A DNA stretch of 64,000 nucleotides from Thermoplasmatota archaeon. GTDB lineage: Archaea > Thermoplasmatota > Thermoplasmata > UBA10834. Where the stretch lies: NCBI GenBank assembly GCA_040751795.1, contig JBFMHR010000001.1:256001-320000 (forward strand), in the 5' to 3' direction. The translations under genes and the position numbers were made by a program. Of this stretch, positions 38,679 through 47,860 are shown piece by piece. Positions within the stretch are counted from its first letter, which is position 1. Each line of letters starts with the position of its first letter. The notes beneath the pieces are model-generated. The model was not told where the DNA came from. It worked only from the letters and a program-made list of their open reading frames with translations, and searched no databases.

Positions 38679-39383
38679 CTACTTGTCCTCGCCTTCCTGC
38701 GGCTCCTCCCTCTCACGGGGCGGGGCCTGGGGCGGGAACTCCGACAGGTCGACCTCCATCCTCTTGAGGTACTGCGGCGGCACATCGGTGGTGAGGTAGA
38801 CCGTCTTCCCGGCCCTCTGGATGACGATGCCGTCCTCGGCCGCGGCCTTGGAGTCCACCTCGAGGATGATCGGTTCGGCGGTCCTGACCCGGCCCGCGTT
38901 GACGGCGTCGCCGACGGTCTTGCTGAGATGCACCTTCTTCCTGTCGGAGGGCTTGAGCCCGACCTCCAGGACGATGTCGACCTCCTCGGCGGTCGTCGGG
39001 TAGTAGAGTGTGTCCGGGGCACCGACCGTCTCCGTGTCGAGCTCTATCTCGAAGGAGTGCGCGTAGGTCGCCCTTATCATCCCGTCCCTGTGCTCGTACC
39101 TGCCCTTGTCGTCCGTCTCGATGATCGCGACTATGTGATGCGGGCGCAACCAGTGGTACCGCCTCTGCTTGCGGTGGAGCGCGTCCACGAACGCCTTGAG
39201 GTCGACGAAGCCGTGCCTGTCGACCCGGAGGTCGAACCTCTCCGGGAAGTGCCTCAGCACGCCTGCGAGGGTCCTGCTGAGCCTGTCCAGCTCCTCATCG
39301 TTCATCAGGAACCGGCCTTCGTCCCCGCAGACCGGGCAGAACTCGGCCCGGAAGTAGCCGTGGTTGACGCACTCCTTCAGCAT
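38679..39383 (-). CDS. kptA: RNA 2'-phosphotransferase Tpt1/KptA
   Basis: LRHFP, KGRYE, IRATYAHS, RKKVHLS; N-terminal C..HGYFR...CPVCG. Confidence 0.9.
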   Translation of the reverse strand: MLKECVNHGYFRAEFCPVCGDEGRFLMNDEELDRLSRTLAGVLRHFPERFDLRVDRHGFVDLKAFVDALHRKQRRYHWLRPHHIVAIIETDDKGRYEHRDGMIRATYAHSFEIELDTETVGAPDTLYYPTTAEEVDIVLEVGLKPSDRKKVHLSKTVGDAVNAGRVRTAEPIILEVDSKAAAEDGIVIQRAGKTVYLTTDVPPQYLKRMEVDLSEFPPQAPPREREEPQEGEDK

Positions 39384-39486
39384 GTGTACGACCTCTGAAT
39401 GCACTTCGAGAACGTGGTTTATGATTTAGCCTTTTTGCTGTCCTCGGGGGACACCGGGCACCGGACCGGCCAGTCGCCGCGTGCGG

Positions 39487-39500
39487 CGAAACCTTAACTA
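39487..39500 (+). promoter_or_regulatory. BRE/TATA promoter of the hdrA-mvhD-fdh operon
   Basis: CGAAACCTTAACTA, ~130 nt upstream of the first hdrA-like gene. Confidence 0.55.
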
Positions 39501-39629
39501 CCGGTTCGCGTTACCGGTTCCAAAGGTTGCTGCGGAGGTTACAGGGGGCCTCTGGCAGCGCGACGGACCGGCCGTGTTACCGGTGGCATTGGCGTTCGCC
39601 GGCCACCAGGACCACATCCGCTAGCAGGG

Positions 39630-40937
39630 GTGAGCGCGGTGGAGAAGGTAGTCGTCATCGGAGGTGGCATCGCAGGGATACAGGCATCCCTGGACCTCGC
39701 GGACAGGGGGTTCGAGGTCCACCTCGTTGAGAGGAGCCCGTCCATAGGCGGCCACATGGCGCAGCTCGACAAGACCTTCCCCACGAACGACTGCTCCATG
39801 TGCATCCTGTCGCCCAAGATGATCATGTGCGCCGACCACACGAACATCAAGCTCCACACCTACTCCGAAGTCCAGGCGGTCACGGGGGACTTCCCGAGGT
39901 TCAAGGTCGCGATCAGGGAGAAGGCCCGCTTCGTCGATGTCAAGAGGTGCACCGGCTGCGGCGACTGCATAGCCAAGTGCCCCGTGAAGGTGCCGTGGGA
40001 GTTCGAGGAGGGGCTGGCCCAGAGGAAGGCCATATACCTCCCGTTCCCCCAGGCCGTCCCGAGGAAGGTCACGATTGATGGCGAGCGGTGCCGCATGATA
40101 CAGAGCAAGAAGTGCGGCGTGTGCAAGAAGGTCTGCCAGGCCGGGGCGATCGACTACGACCAGAAGGACTCGGTGGTGGAGGTCGAGGCCTCGGCGATAG
40201 TGGTGGCCGCGGGTTTCGAGCTCATGGACGCCACCGTGATGTCGCAGTATGGCCTCGGCGCGTGCAAGGACGTCGTCACCTCCCTGCAGCTCGAGAGGAT
40301 CCTGTCCGCGTCGGGCCCGACCGGGGGGCACCTCGCCAGGCCCTCGGACCACAAGGAGCCCAGGAAGCTAGCCTTCGTCCAGTGCGTAGGCTCCAGGGAC
40401 GCGCACTCCCACGGCTACTGCAGCAGCGTCTGCTGCATGTACGCGACGAAGGAGTCCATACTCGCCAGGGAGCACGCGCCGGGCCTCGAGACGGCCATAT
40501 TCTACATGGACATGAGGGCGACGGGCAAGGGCTTCCAGGAGTTCGTCTCCAGGGCGAGGCAGAACTACGGCGTAAGGTACATCAGGTCCAGGCCCGCCAG
40601 GGTGCAGTCCGCGGCGGACGGCACCGGGGTCCTCGTCAACTACGAGACCAGCGGCCTCACGGGAGAGTCCGTCACCGAGGAGTTCGACATGCTCGTGCTC
40701 TGCCCAGCGTTGATACCGCCGAAGGGTGCGAAGGAGCTCTCCGCCCTGCTGGGGGTCGCCCTCGACGAGGACGGGTTCATCGACACCCCCGACATCTCCA
40801 GGCCCGTGGACACCTCCAGGAAGGGGGTCCTCGCCTGCGGGTTCGTCAGCGGCCCCATAGACATCCCGGACTCGGTCTCTCAGGCGTCCGCCGCCGCGGC
40901 CAGGGCCGCGGAGCTCATCGAGGGGGGTGCGAAGTGA
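39630..40937 (+). CDS. hdrA: HdrA-like flavoprotein 1 (FAD domain + inserted 2x 4Fe-4S; lacks HdrA N- and C-terminal domains)
   Basis: IGGGIAG, AQLDKTFPTNDC, CTGCGDC, FVQCVGSR, CSSVCCMYATK. Confidence 0.88.
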   Translation: MSAVEKVVVIGGGIAGIQASLDLADRGFEVHLVERSPSIGGHMAQLDKTFPTNDCSMCILSPKMIMCADHTNIKLHTYSEVQAVTGDFPRFKVAIREKARFVDVKRCTGCGDCIAKCPVKVPWEFEEGLAQRKAIYLPFPQAVPRKVTIDGERCRMIQSKKCGVCKKVCQAGAIDYDQKDSVVEVEASAIVVAAGFELMDATVMSQYGLGACKDVVTSLQLERILSASGPTGGHLARPSDHKEPRKLAFVQCVGSRDAHSHGYCSSVCCMYATKESILAREHAPGLETAIFYMDMRATGKGFQEFVSRARQNYGVRYIRSRPARVQSAADGTGVLVNYETSGLTGESVTEEFDMLVLCPALIPPKGAKELSALLGVALDEDGFIDTPDISRPVDTSRKGVLACGFVSGPIDIPDSVSQASAAAARAAELIEGGAK

Positions 40938-42628
40938 TGGCCAGGGTGGGCGTGTTCGTCTGCCACTGCGGGCACAACATCGCCTCGACGGTCGACGTCG
41001 AGGCGGTAGTGGAGTTCGCGAAGGGCCTCCCTGGAGTGGCCTACGCGGGGCACAACCTCTACTCCTGCTCCGAGGAGGGCCTCGGCTCGATAAAGAGGAG
41101 CATCGCCGAGAACAAGCTCGACCGGGTCGTGGTCGCGGCGTGCACCCCGAGGACGCACGAGCCCCTCTTCAGGCGCGCGTGCGAGCAGGCGGGCATCAAC
41201 AAGTACCTCTTCGAGTTCGTCAACATACGGGAGCACTGCTCCTGGATACACACAAAGGAGCCCAGGGAGGCGACCGAGAAGGCCAAGAAGCTCGTCGCCA
41301 TGGGCGTCGCCAAGGCGGCCCTCCTCGAGCCGCAGACCGAGGGGGAGTCCGCGGTCCTTCCGGCGGCGGTGGTCATCGGCGGCGGCGTCTCCGGGCTGGC
41401 GGCCGCGGCCTCTCTCGTGGACCAAGGGATCGAGACGCACCTGGTCGAGGCCTCCGACAGGCTGGGCGGGTTGCTCGCCGAGGTGACGACCATCGGCCCC
41501 GAGAGCACCGAAGCGCGCGAAATCATACGCGGCATCGTCAGGAGGCTGGAGGCGTCCCCCAAGGCACACATCCACCTGAGGTCGAGGGTCGCGGAGGCCA
41601 AGGGCTTCGTCGGCAACTTCGAGGTCACAGTCCGCGGCTGCGACAGCGACCTCAAGGTCCCAGCGGGCGCGATCGTGGTCGCGACGGGGACCAAGGAGCT
41701 CGACCCGACGGGCGAGTACGGCTTCGGCCAGAGGCCCGAGGTGGTGACCCAGCTCGAGCTGGAGCGCAGGCTCGCCAGGGGAGAGAGGCCGCGGAGGGTC
41801 GTGTTCATCAACTGCGTCGGGAGCAGGCAGCCCGGGAGGGAGTACTGCTCCAGGGTGTGCTGCAACGTCACCCTGAAGAACGCGCTCATGCTCGCGAAGG
41901 CCTCCCCCGACTCCAGGATACATGTCATACACAGAGACATCATGAGCAGCGGCACCGCGGCGGAGAGGCTGTACAAGGAGGCATCGGAGAGCGGGGTGAA
42001 GTTCCTCAGGTACGGGCTCGAGAGGGTCCCGGAGGTCGTGGCGGGCGGGGACGGGGTGGAGGTCCATGTCTACGACGAGACGCTCGAGGAGACCGTCCAC
42101 CTGGGCGCCGACCTGGTCGTGCTGGCCGTGCCCATGGTCCCTCCGGGGGACTCGGAGGCGACGGCCAAGCTCCTGAAGGTCCCGAGGGACAAGTTCGGCT
42201 TCTTCCTCGAGGCTCATGTCAAGCTCAGGCCCGTCGAGTTCGCCACCGACGGCGTCTTCATCTGCGGCTCGGCGAGGTGGCCGGTCAGCGCAAGGGAGTG
42301 CATCTGGCAGGGAATGGCCGCGGCCGCCAAGGCGTCCATACCCATCAAGGAGGGCAGGGTCGTCATACAGGCCATCACCGCCGAGGTCGACCCCGACAAG
42401 TGCGCCGCGTGCGGCAACTGCGTCCTCGCCTGCCCGTACGAAGCCATCGAGGTCGTCGAGCAGGACGGGCGCAGGGCGGCCAAGGTCAACGAGGCGCAGT
42501 GCAAGGGCTGCGGCACCTGCGTCGCCGCGTGCCACAACGACGCCGTGAGCCAGAAGGGCTTCACGAGCGGTCAGCTCAGCGCGATGGTCGACGCCCTCGT
42601 CAAGGCGGCGCTGGAGGTGCCGAGATGA
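40937..42628 (+). CDS. hdrA: HdrA-like flavoprotein 2 (N-terminal Cys domain, FAD domain, C-terminal 2x 4Fe-4S)
   Basis: VGVFVCHCG, ACTPRTHE, NIREHCSW, GGGVSG, CVGSR..CSRVCC, CAACGNC, CKGCGTC. Confidence 0.88.
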   Translation: MARVGVFVCHCGHNIASTVDVEAVVEFAKGLPGVAYAGHNLYSCSEEGLGSIKRSIAENKLDRVVVAACTPRTHEPLFRRACEQAGINKYLFEFVNIREHCSWIHTKEPREATEKAKKLVAMGVAKAALLEPQTEGESAVLPAAVVIGGGVSGLAAAASLVDQGIETHLVEASDRLGGLLAEVTTIGPESTEAREIIRGIVRRLEASPKAHIHLRSRVAEAKGFVGNFEVTVRGCDSDLKVPAGAIVVATGTKELDPTGEYGFGQRPEVVTQLELERRLARGERPRRVVFINCVGSRQPGREYCSRVCCNVTLKNALMLAKASPDSRIHVIHRDIMSSGTAAERLYKEASESGVKFLRYGLERVPEVVAGGDGVEVHVYDETLEETVHLGADLVVLAVPMVPPGDSEATAKLLKVPRDKFGFFLEAHVKLRPVEFATDGVFICGSARWPVSARECIWQGMAAAAKASIPIKEGRVVIQAITAEVDPDKCAACGNCVLACPYEAIEVVEQDGRRAAKVNEAQCKGCGTCVAACHNDAVSQKGFTSGQLSAMVDALVKAALEVPR

Positions 42629-43044
42629 CCGAGTTCAGCCCGACCATACTCGCATTCTGCTGCAACTGGTGTTCCTATGCGGGAGCTGACCTGGCGGGGG
42701 TCAACAGGCTCCAGATGCCGCCGAACGTCCACGTAATAAGGGTCATGTGCAGCGCGAGCGTCAAGCCCGAGTACGTATTCAAGGCGATATCCCAGGGGAT
42801 CGACGGCGTCCTCATCCTCGGGTGCCACATCGGGGACTGCCACTACCTCACGGGCAACCACAGGACCGCGAAGCGCATCCCAGTCGCCAAGAGGATACTC
42901 AGGGACGCCGGGATCGACGACAGGCGCGTCAGGCTCGACTGGGTCAGCGCGGCCGAGGGGGAGAAGTTCCAGCAGGTCATCACCGAGTTCGTCGGCGAGG
43001 TCAAGGCCTTGGGGCCCAACCCCCTGAGGGAGGTGAGGATGTGA
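42625..43044 (+). CDS. mvhD: MvhD/FlpD [2Fe-2S] subunit
   Basis: FCCNWCSYAGADLAG, RVMCS, GCHIGDCHY..GN, WVSAAEG. Confidence 0.93.
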   Translation: MTEFSPTILAFCCNWCSYAGADLAGVNRLQMPPNVHVIRVMCSASVKPEYVFKAISQGIDGVLILGCHIGDCHYLTGNHRTAKRIPVAKRILRDAGIDDRRVRLDWVSAAEGEKFQQVITEFVGEVKALGPNPLREVRM

Positions 43045-43841
43045 ACGACCTCGCGCGGAGGCTCGTCACCATCGCCTTCGAGGAGCGCGGGGCGGACCGC
43101 CTCCTCCTCATGGCCGAGCGCCACGGGAACGTGGGCCCGGTGATGGTGGAGAAGGGCCAGGACCCGGGCGACGCCAGGGTCGACGTGCCCTACCAGCTCG
43201 TCAACATACTGAGCAACCTGATACCGTTCGTGGGAAGGGCGAAGGTCGCCGTGGTCTGCAGGAGGTGCGACGAGAAGGCCCTGGCGGAGCTCGCGAAGAG
43301 GGGCATCGTCGACGACGCCAGCATCGTCAGGATCGGGCTGGCCTGCACCAAGGAGCAGGTCGAGAGGTGCAGGTGCTCCGACTGCGTCCCGAGCAGGGTG
43401 GACATCGGAGAGCCGGCCGAGCCGTGCCCCGAGGACACCCTCGCGTCCGAGCTCTCGTCGATGGGCACCGAGGAGAGGTCCGCGTTCTGGATGCGCCAGT
43501 TCCGCAAGTGCAACAAGTGCTTCGGCTGCACCCTGAACTGCCCGGTCTGCTTCTGCGACGACTGCGTGCTCGAGGAGAGGACATACACGCCCGAGGAGGG
43601 CATCCCGCCCGGGCCAGCGTTCCACCTCATCAGGTCGTTCCACCTGGCGGACAAGTGCGTCGAGTGCGGGGAGTGCGAGCGCTCGTGCCCGGCGGACATA
43701 CCGCTGCTCACGTTCAGGAAGATGGTGAACAGGGACATGAGGGACCTGTTCGGCTACACGGCCGGCGACAGGGAGAGGAGGAGCCCCCTCCTGACCACGC
43801 TGGACGACCAGCCCCTGGAGGATGACGGCCATGCGTGTTGA
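43041..43841 (+). CDS. Short FdhB-like iron-sulfur subunit
   Basis: VCRRCD, CNKCFGCTLNCPVCFC, FHLIRSFH, CVECGECERSCP. Confidence 0.78.
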   Translation: MNDLARRLVTIAFEERGADRLLLMAERHGNVGPVMVEKGQDPGDARVDVPYQLVNILSNLIPFVGRAKVAVVCRRCDEKALAELAKRGIVDDASIVRIGLACTKEQVERCRCSDCVPSRVDIGEPAEPCPEDTLASELSSMGTEERSAFWMRQFRKCNKCFGCTLNCPVCFCDDCVLEERTYTPEEGIPPGPAFHLIRSFHLADKCVECGECERSCPADIPLLTFRKMVNRDMRDLFGYTAGDRERRSPLLTTLDDQPLEDDGHAC

Positions 43842-45867
43842 GCACGTCCTGACCACATGCCCCTACTGCGGGACCGGCTGCAGGTTCTACCTGCAGGTGG
43901 TGGACGGGAGGCTCGTCGGCGTCGTCCCGTGCAAGACGGACGAGATCAGCCAGGGGCGGCTGTGCATCAAGGGCTACAACGCCCACGCGTTCGTGCAGCA
44001 CCCGGAGAGGCTCACTCACCCCATGGTCAGGGAGGGCGGGCAGCTCAGGAGGGCGACCTGGGACGAGGCGCTGGACAGGGTCGTGTCAGAGGTCAGGAGG
44101 ATCTCCGCCGAGAACGGCCCCGACTCCGTCGTCGTGCTCGCGTCCGCGAAGTGCACCAACGAGGAGAACTACCTCTTCCAGAAGCTGGCCAGGGCGGCGA
44201 TAGGCACCAACAACGTCGACCACTGCGCCAGGCTATGCCACGCGTCCACCGTCGCGGGGCTCCTGATGTCCTTCGGGAGCGGCGCGATGACCAACACGAT
44301 CCCCGAGTTCGAGGGGGCGGACTGCGTCCTGGTGACCGGCTCGAACACCCTCGAGGCGCACCCCATCATAGGCGCGCGCATGCTCCGCGCGTACGACAGG
44401 GGGGCGAAGGTCATCGTCGTGGACCCGAGGGACACGCCCCTGTCGAGGATCGCGTATAGCGCCCTCCACCAGCAGCCAGGCACCGACATCGCCTGGATAA
44501 ACGGCATGATCAGGGTCATCATCGAGGAGGGGCTCCACGACGAAGCGTTCATCGCCGAGCGCACCTCCGGGTTCGAGGAGCTCAGGAGGACCGTCGAGCC
44601 CTACACCCCCGAGAAGGTCCAGGAGATCACCCAGATACCCAAGGAGAGGCTCGTCGACGCCGCGCGCACCTACGCGAACGCCGAGAGGGCGATGATCGCC
44701 TACGCGATGGGGGTGACGCAGCACAGCAACGGCACCAACATAGTGCGCGCGCTAGCGAACCTCGCGATGGTCACGGGCAACATAGGGAGGGAGTCGACAG
44801 GCGTGAACCCGCTCAGGGGCCAGTGCAACGTCCAGGGCGCGTGCGACGCCGGCGGGCTCCCCGACCTGTTCCCCGGCTACCAGAGGGTCGAGGACGCTGA
44901 GGCGAGGAAGAAGTTCGAGGCGGCCTGGGGCAAGGCTCTCCCGCCGACCAAGGGCACCACCCTGACCTGCGCGATCAAGGATGCGCTCACGGGCAAGGTC
45001 AAGGCCATGGTCATATTCGGCGAGAACCCGATGCTCTCCGATCCCGACCTCGCCCACGTCCAGGAGGCGATGGAGGAGCTCGAGTTCCTCGCCGTCGCCG
45101 AGATATTCCCCACGGACACGACGAGGCTCGCCGACGTCGTCCTCCCCGGCGCATGCTACGCGGAGAAGGACGGGACGTTCACCTCGACCGACAGGGCCAT
45201 CCGGCCGGTCCACAAGGCGGTCGACCCGCCGGGCGAGGCCAGGCCCGACTGGGAGATCGCGTGCGAGCTGGGCCGGAGGCTCGGCGGGCAGGGCTTCGAC
45301 TTCGGGTCGCCCTCCGAGGTGATGGACGAGATGGCGAAGCTCGCGCCGCAGTACGGCGGCGTCAGCCACGAGAGGGCGGACAGGCAGGTCCTGAGGTGGC
45401 CTTGCCCGAACAAGGAGCACGCGGGCACGCCGGTGCTGCACGTGGGCGGGTTCAAGATGGGCAGGGGGGTCCTGGTCCCGGTCGACCACGCGCCCCCCGC
45501 GGAGGAGACCTCCGATGAGTACCCGCTGATACTGACGACCGGGAGGAACCTATTCCACTTCCACACCGGCACGATGACCAGGAGGTCTCCGAAGCTGGAG
45601 CGGGAGGCCCCTTCGCCGTACGTCGAGGTCTGCCCCGCCGACGCTCAGAAGCTCGGCGTGTCGCACGGCGACCGCGTTCGCGTGGCCTCCAGGAGGGGCG
45701 AGATAACCCTCGAGGCGAGGGTGACCGGCTGGATCATGCCGGGGGTCGTGTTCATCCCGTTCCACTACGCCGAGGCGGCCGCGAACAGGCTGACCAACCC
45801 CGCCCTGGACCCCGTGGCGAAGATACCGGAGTTCAAGGTCTGCGCGGTCAGGATGGAAAAGGCGTGA
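43831..45867 (+). CDS. fdhA: Formate dehydrogenase alpha subunit (Mo/W-bisPGD, Cys ligand, cytoplasmic)
   Basis: CPYCGTGC, LCIKG, DHCARLCHASTV, LRGQCNVQG, PEFK; no Tat signal. Confidence 0.93.
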   Translation: MRVEHVLTTCPYCGTGCRFYLQVVDGRLVGVVPCKTDEISQGRLCIKGYNAHAFVQHPERLTHPMVREGGQLRRATWDEALDRVVSEVRRISAENGPDSVVVLASAKCTNEENYLFQKLARAAIGTNNVDHCARLCHASTVAGLLMSFGSGAMTNTIPEFEGADCVLVTGSNTLEAHPIIGARMLRAYDRGAKVIVVDPRDTPLSRIAYSALHQQPGTDIAWINGMIRVIIEEGLHDEAFIAERTSGFEELRRTVEPYTPEKVQEITQIPKERLVDAARTYANAERAMIAYAMGVTQHSNGTNIVRALANLAMVTGNIGRESTGVNPLRGQCNVQGACDAGGLPDLFPGYQRVEDAEARKKFEAAWGKALPPTKGTTLTCAIKDALTGKVKAMVIFGENPMLSDPDLAHVQEAMEELEFLAVAEIFPTDTTRLADVVLPGACYAEKDGTFTSTDRAIRPVHKAVDPPGEARPDWEIACELGRRLGGQGFDFGSPSEVMDEMAKLAPQYGGVSHERADRQVLRWPCPNKEHAGTPVLHVGGFKMGRGVLVPVDHAPPAEETSDEYPLILTTGRNLFHFHTGTMTRRSPKLEREAPSPYVEVCPADAQKLGVSHGDRVRVASRRGEITLEARVTGWIMPGVVFIPFHYAEAAANRLTNPALDPVAKIPEFKVCAVRMEKA

Positions 45868-45912
45868 AAGGGCGGGCGCGCGCACGCGCATGCCCGCCTG
45901 TTTGGTGGAGTT

Positions 45913-47184
45913 TCACTTCTTCTGCGGCGGCCTTATGACCACAGCCATCGCGAATGTCACCAGCGAGGCGACGCCCACGGCGACGAACACCCAGGCGAAG
46001 CCGCCGCCCTCGGACCCTGCGAGCAGGCCCGGGATGAGCGAGCCCAGTATGCCCGCGGCGCCGTAGCCCGTGAACACCAGCCCGTAGTTCACGCCGAGGT
46101 TCTTGGTGCCGAAGTAGTCAGCCGTCGCGGACGGGAACAGCGCGAAGTTGCCGCCGAAGGTGAAGCCGATCGCGGATGCGAACGCCGTCAGCCCCGCGAA
46201 CTGCACTATCTCGCCCTCGGGCTTGGCCCATACGAAGGCGGCCGCGCCGAAGAGGATGAGCGCCTGGACCAGGAACACTATCCTCATGGTCTTGTTCCTC
46301 CCCAGGTGGTCGGAGACCTTGCCCCAGCCGATCCTGCCCGCGCCGTTGAAGAGCGCGAGTATGCCGGCGATGGTCTGCGCCTGCGCCACCACGAGCATCG
46401 ACTTCGTCGGGTCCAGGTACGCGGCTACGTTGCTCACGTTCCCGATCATCATCAGGCCGGCCGTGGCGGACAGGAGGAACATCAGGTTCAGCAGGATGAA
46501 CGGCCTCGTCTTCACCATCTCGTGCCAGTCGTAGTCCACGGAGTGGCCGTTGTGCCTCGAGTTGGGGTTGAACCCCTTGGGCAGCCATCCGGCAGGCGGG
46601 TTCCTCAGCAGCTGCGCCCCGACGACGACCATCGCGATGAAGATCAGGCCCATGTACAGGAACGAGTTGGAGAGCCCGTCGTCAGAGGCGTTGATTATGT
46701 ACTTGCCCACCTGCGTGAATATGAACGCGCCTGCGCCGAAGCCCGCGACGGCTATGCCGCTCACGAGCCCCTTCTTGTCCGGGAACCACTTGACCACGGC
46801 CGCCAGAGGGCAGACGTAGCCCAGGCCCAGGCCGAGGCCGCCTATCACGCCGTACGACAGGTACAGCATGGCGATGTTCTCCGTGAAGAACGAGGCGACG
46901 ACGTAGCCGGCGCCGAACACGAGGCCGCCGATGGTCGCCACGACCTTCGGGCCCTTCCGGTCCTGGAGCCGGCCCGCGAATATCGTCGTCACGGCGAACA
47001 CGGCCAGCGCGGTCGCGAATATCCCCAGTATGTAGAACGAGGTCCTCGAGTAGCCCAGCGTCTCCGAGAGCGGGCCGGTGAATATCGAGAACGCGTAGAC
47101 GGAGCCCAGGGCGAGCTGTATCAGCAGCGCGCCCACGACGGGCACCCATCTGTTCGGTGTCTTCCCCTCACTTGCGGTTTCCAT
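45913..47184 (-). CDS. MFS transporter, oxalate:formate antiporter (OFA)-like
   Basis: LGSVYAFSIF, KWFPDKKGL.SG..VAGFG, FNGAGRIGWG, FGTKNLGVNYG. Confidence 0.85.
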   Translation of the reverse strand: METASEGKTPNRWVPVVGALLIQLALGSVYAFSIFTGPLSETLGYSRTSFYILGIFATALAVFAVTTIFAGRLQDRKGPKVVATIGGLVFGAGYVVASFFTENIAMLYLSYGVIGGLGLGLGYVCPLAAVVKWFPDKKGLVSGIAVAGFGAGAFIFTQVGKYIINASDDGLSNSFLYMGLIFIAMVVVGAQLLRNPPAGWLPKGFNPNSRHNGHSVDYDWHEMVKTRPFILLNLMFLLSATAGLMMIGNVSNVAAYLDPTKSMLVVAQAQTIAGILALFNGAGRIGWGKVSDHLGRNKTMRIVFLVQALILFGAAAFVWAKPEGEIVQFAGLTAFASAIGFTFGGNFALFPSATADYFGTKNLGVNYGLVFTGYGAAGILGSLIPGLLAGSEGGGFAWVFVAVGVASLVTFAMAVVIRPPQKK

Positions 47185-47225
47185 CTTATCTCTCCGGATT
47201 CTCTTGTGTGTGACCATTCTCAGCT

Positions 47226-47783
47226 TCAGACGAACTTCACGGCCCCGGTGCGCAGGTCATACATCACGCCGTACACCGAGAGCCTGCCCTTCTTGACCGC
47301 ATCCCCGATCACGGCGCTGCCGTTCACGAGGCGCCTCATCTGGACTCTGACGTTGCACTCCGCGACCTTGTCGAGGTCCTTCGCGTCGAGGCCCTTCAGT
47401 CCCTTCCGCGCGGAGTCCATGTCCCCGAGCACCCCGCCGAGGTTGTCGATGTCGCAGCAGTCGCACGACGCCTTGACCGCGCCGCAGCCTGTGTGGCCCA
47501 TCACGACCAGGGCCTTGACGCCGAGGTGGGCGGCCGCGTACTCGAGGCTGCCCAGGACGGTCGGGTCCGCCGCGCAGTTGCCCGCGGTCCTCACGACGAA
47601 CGCGCTCCCCAGGGACAGGTTGAAGACCTTCTCCGGGTCGACGCGCGAGTCGGAGCACGCGAGTATGGCGACGAACGGCTCCTGCTTCTCCGATAGCCTG
47701 GCCAGCATGCAAGGGTCGGCGGCCTTGCTGAACACGTTGTTGCCGTCCAGCAGCCTCCTCCTGACATCCTCCGCATGGTCCAT
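47226..47783 (-). CDS. Beta-class carbonic anhydrase
   Basis: CSDSRV, RTAGN, GSLEYA, GHTGCGAV. Confidence 0.92.
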   Translation of the reverse strand: MDHAEDVRRRLLDGNNVFSKAADPCMLARLSEKQEPFVAILACSDSRVDPEKVFNLSLGSAFVVRTAGNCAADPTVLGSLEYAAAHLGVKALVVMGHTGCGAVKASCDCCDIDNLGGVLGDMDSARKGLKGLDAKDLDKVAECNVRVQMRRLVNGSAVIGDAVKKGRLSVYGVMYDLRTGAVKFV

Positions 47784-47820
47784 CGGCTCTCACTCCTCGC
47801 ACTGGTTGGGAACTGATACC

Positions 47821-47860
47821 GGAGGGGCCGGGCCCCTCCGTGGAAAAGAAAGGGGTTTGC
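47821..47860 (-). terminator. Putative terminator after acsA (T-tract followed by GC hairpin)
   Basis: Minus strand GCAAACCCCTTTCTTTT, then stem GGAGGGGC/GCCCCTCC. Confidence 0.45.

Noticed and set aside
39630-45867. Selenocysteine in HdrA/MvhD/FdhA
   Set aside because: Frames are uninterrupted and the relevant positions are Cys (e.g. CARLCH)
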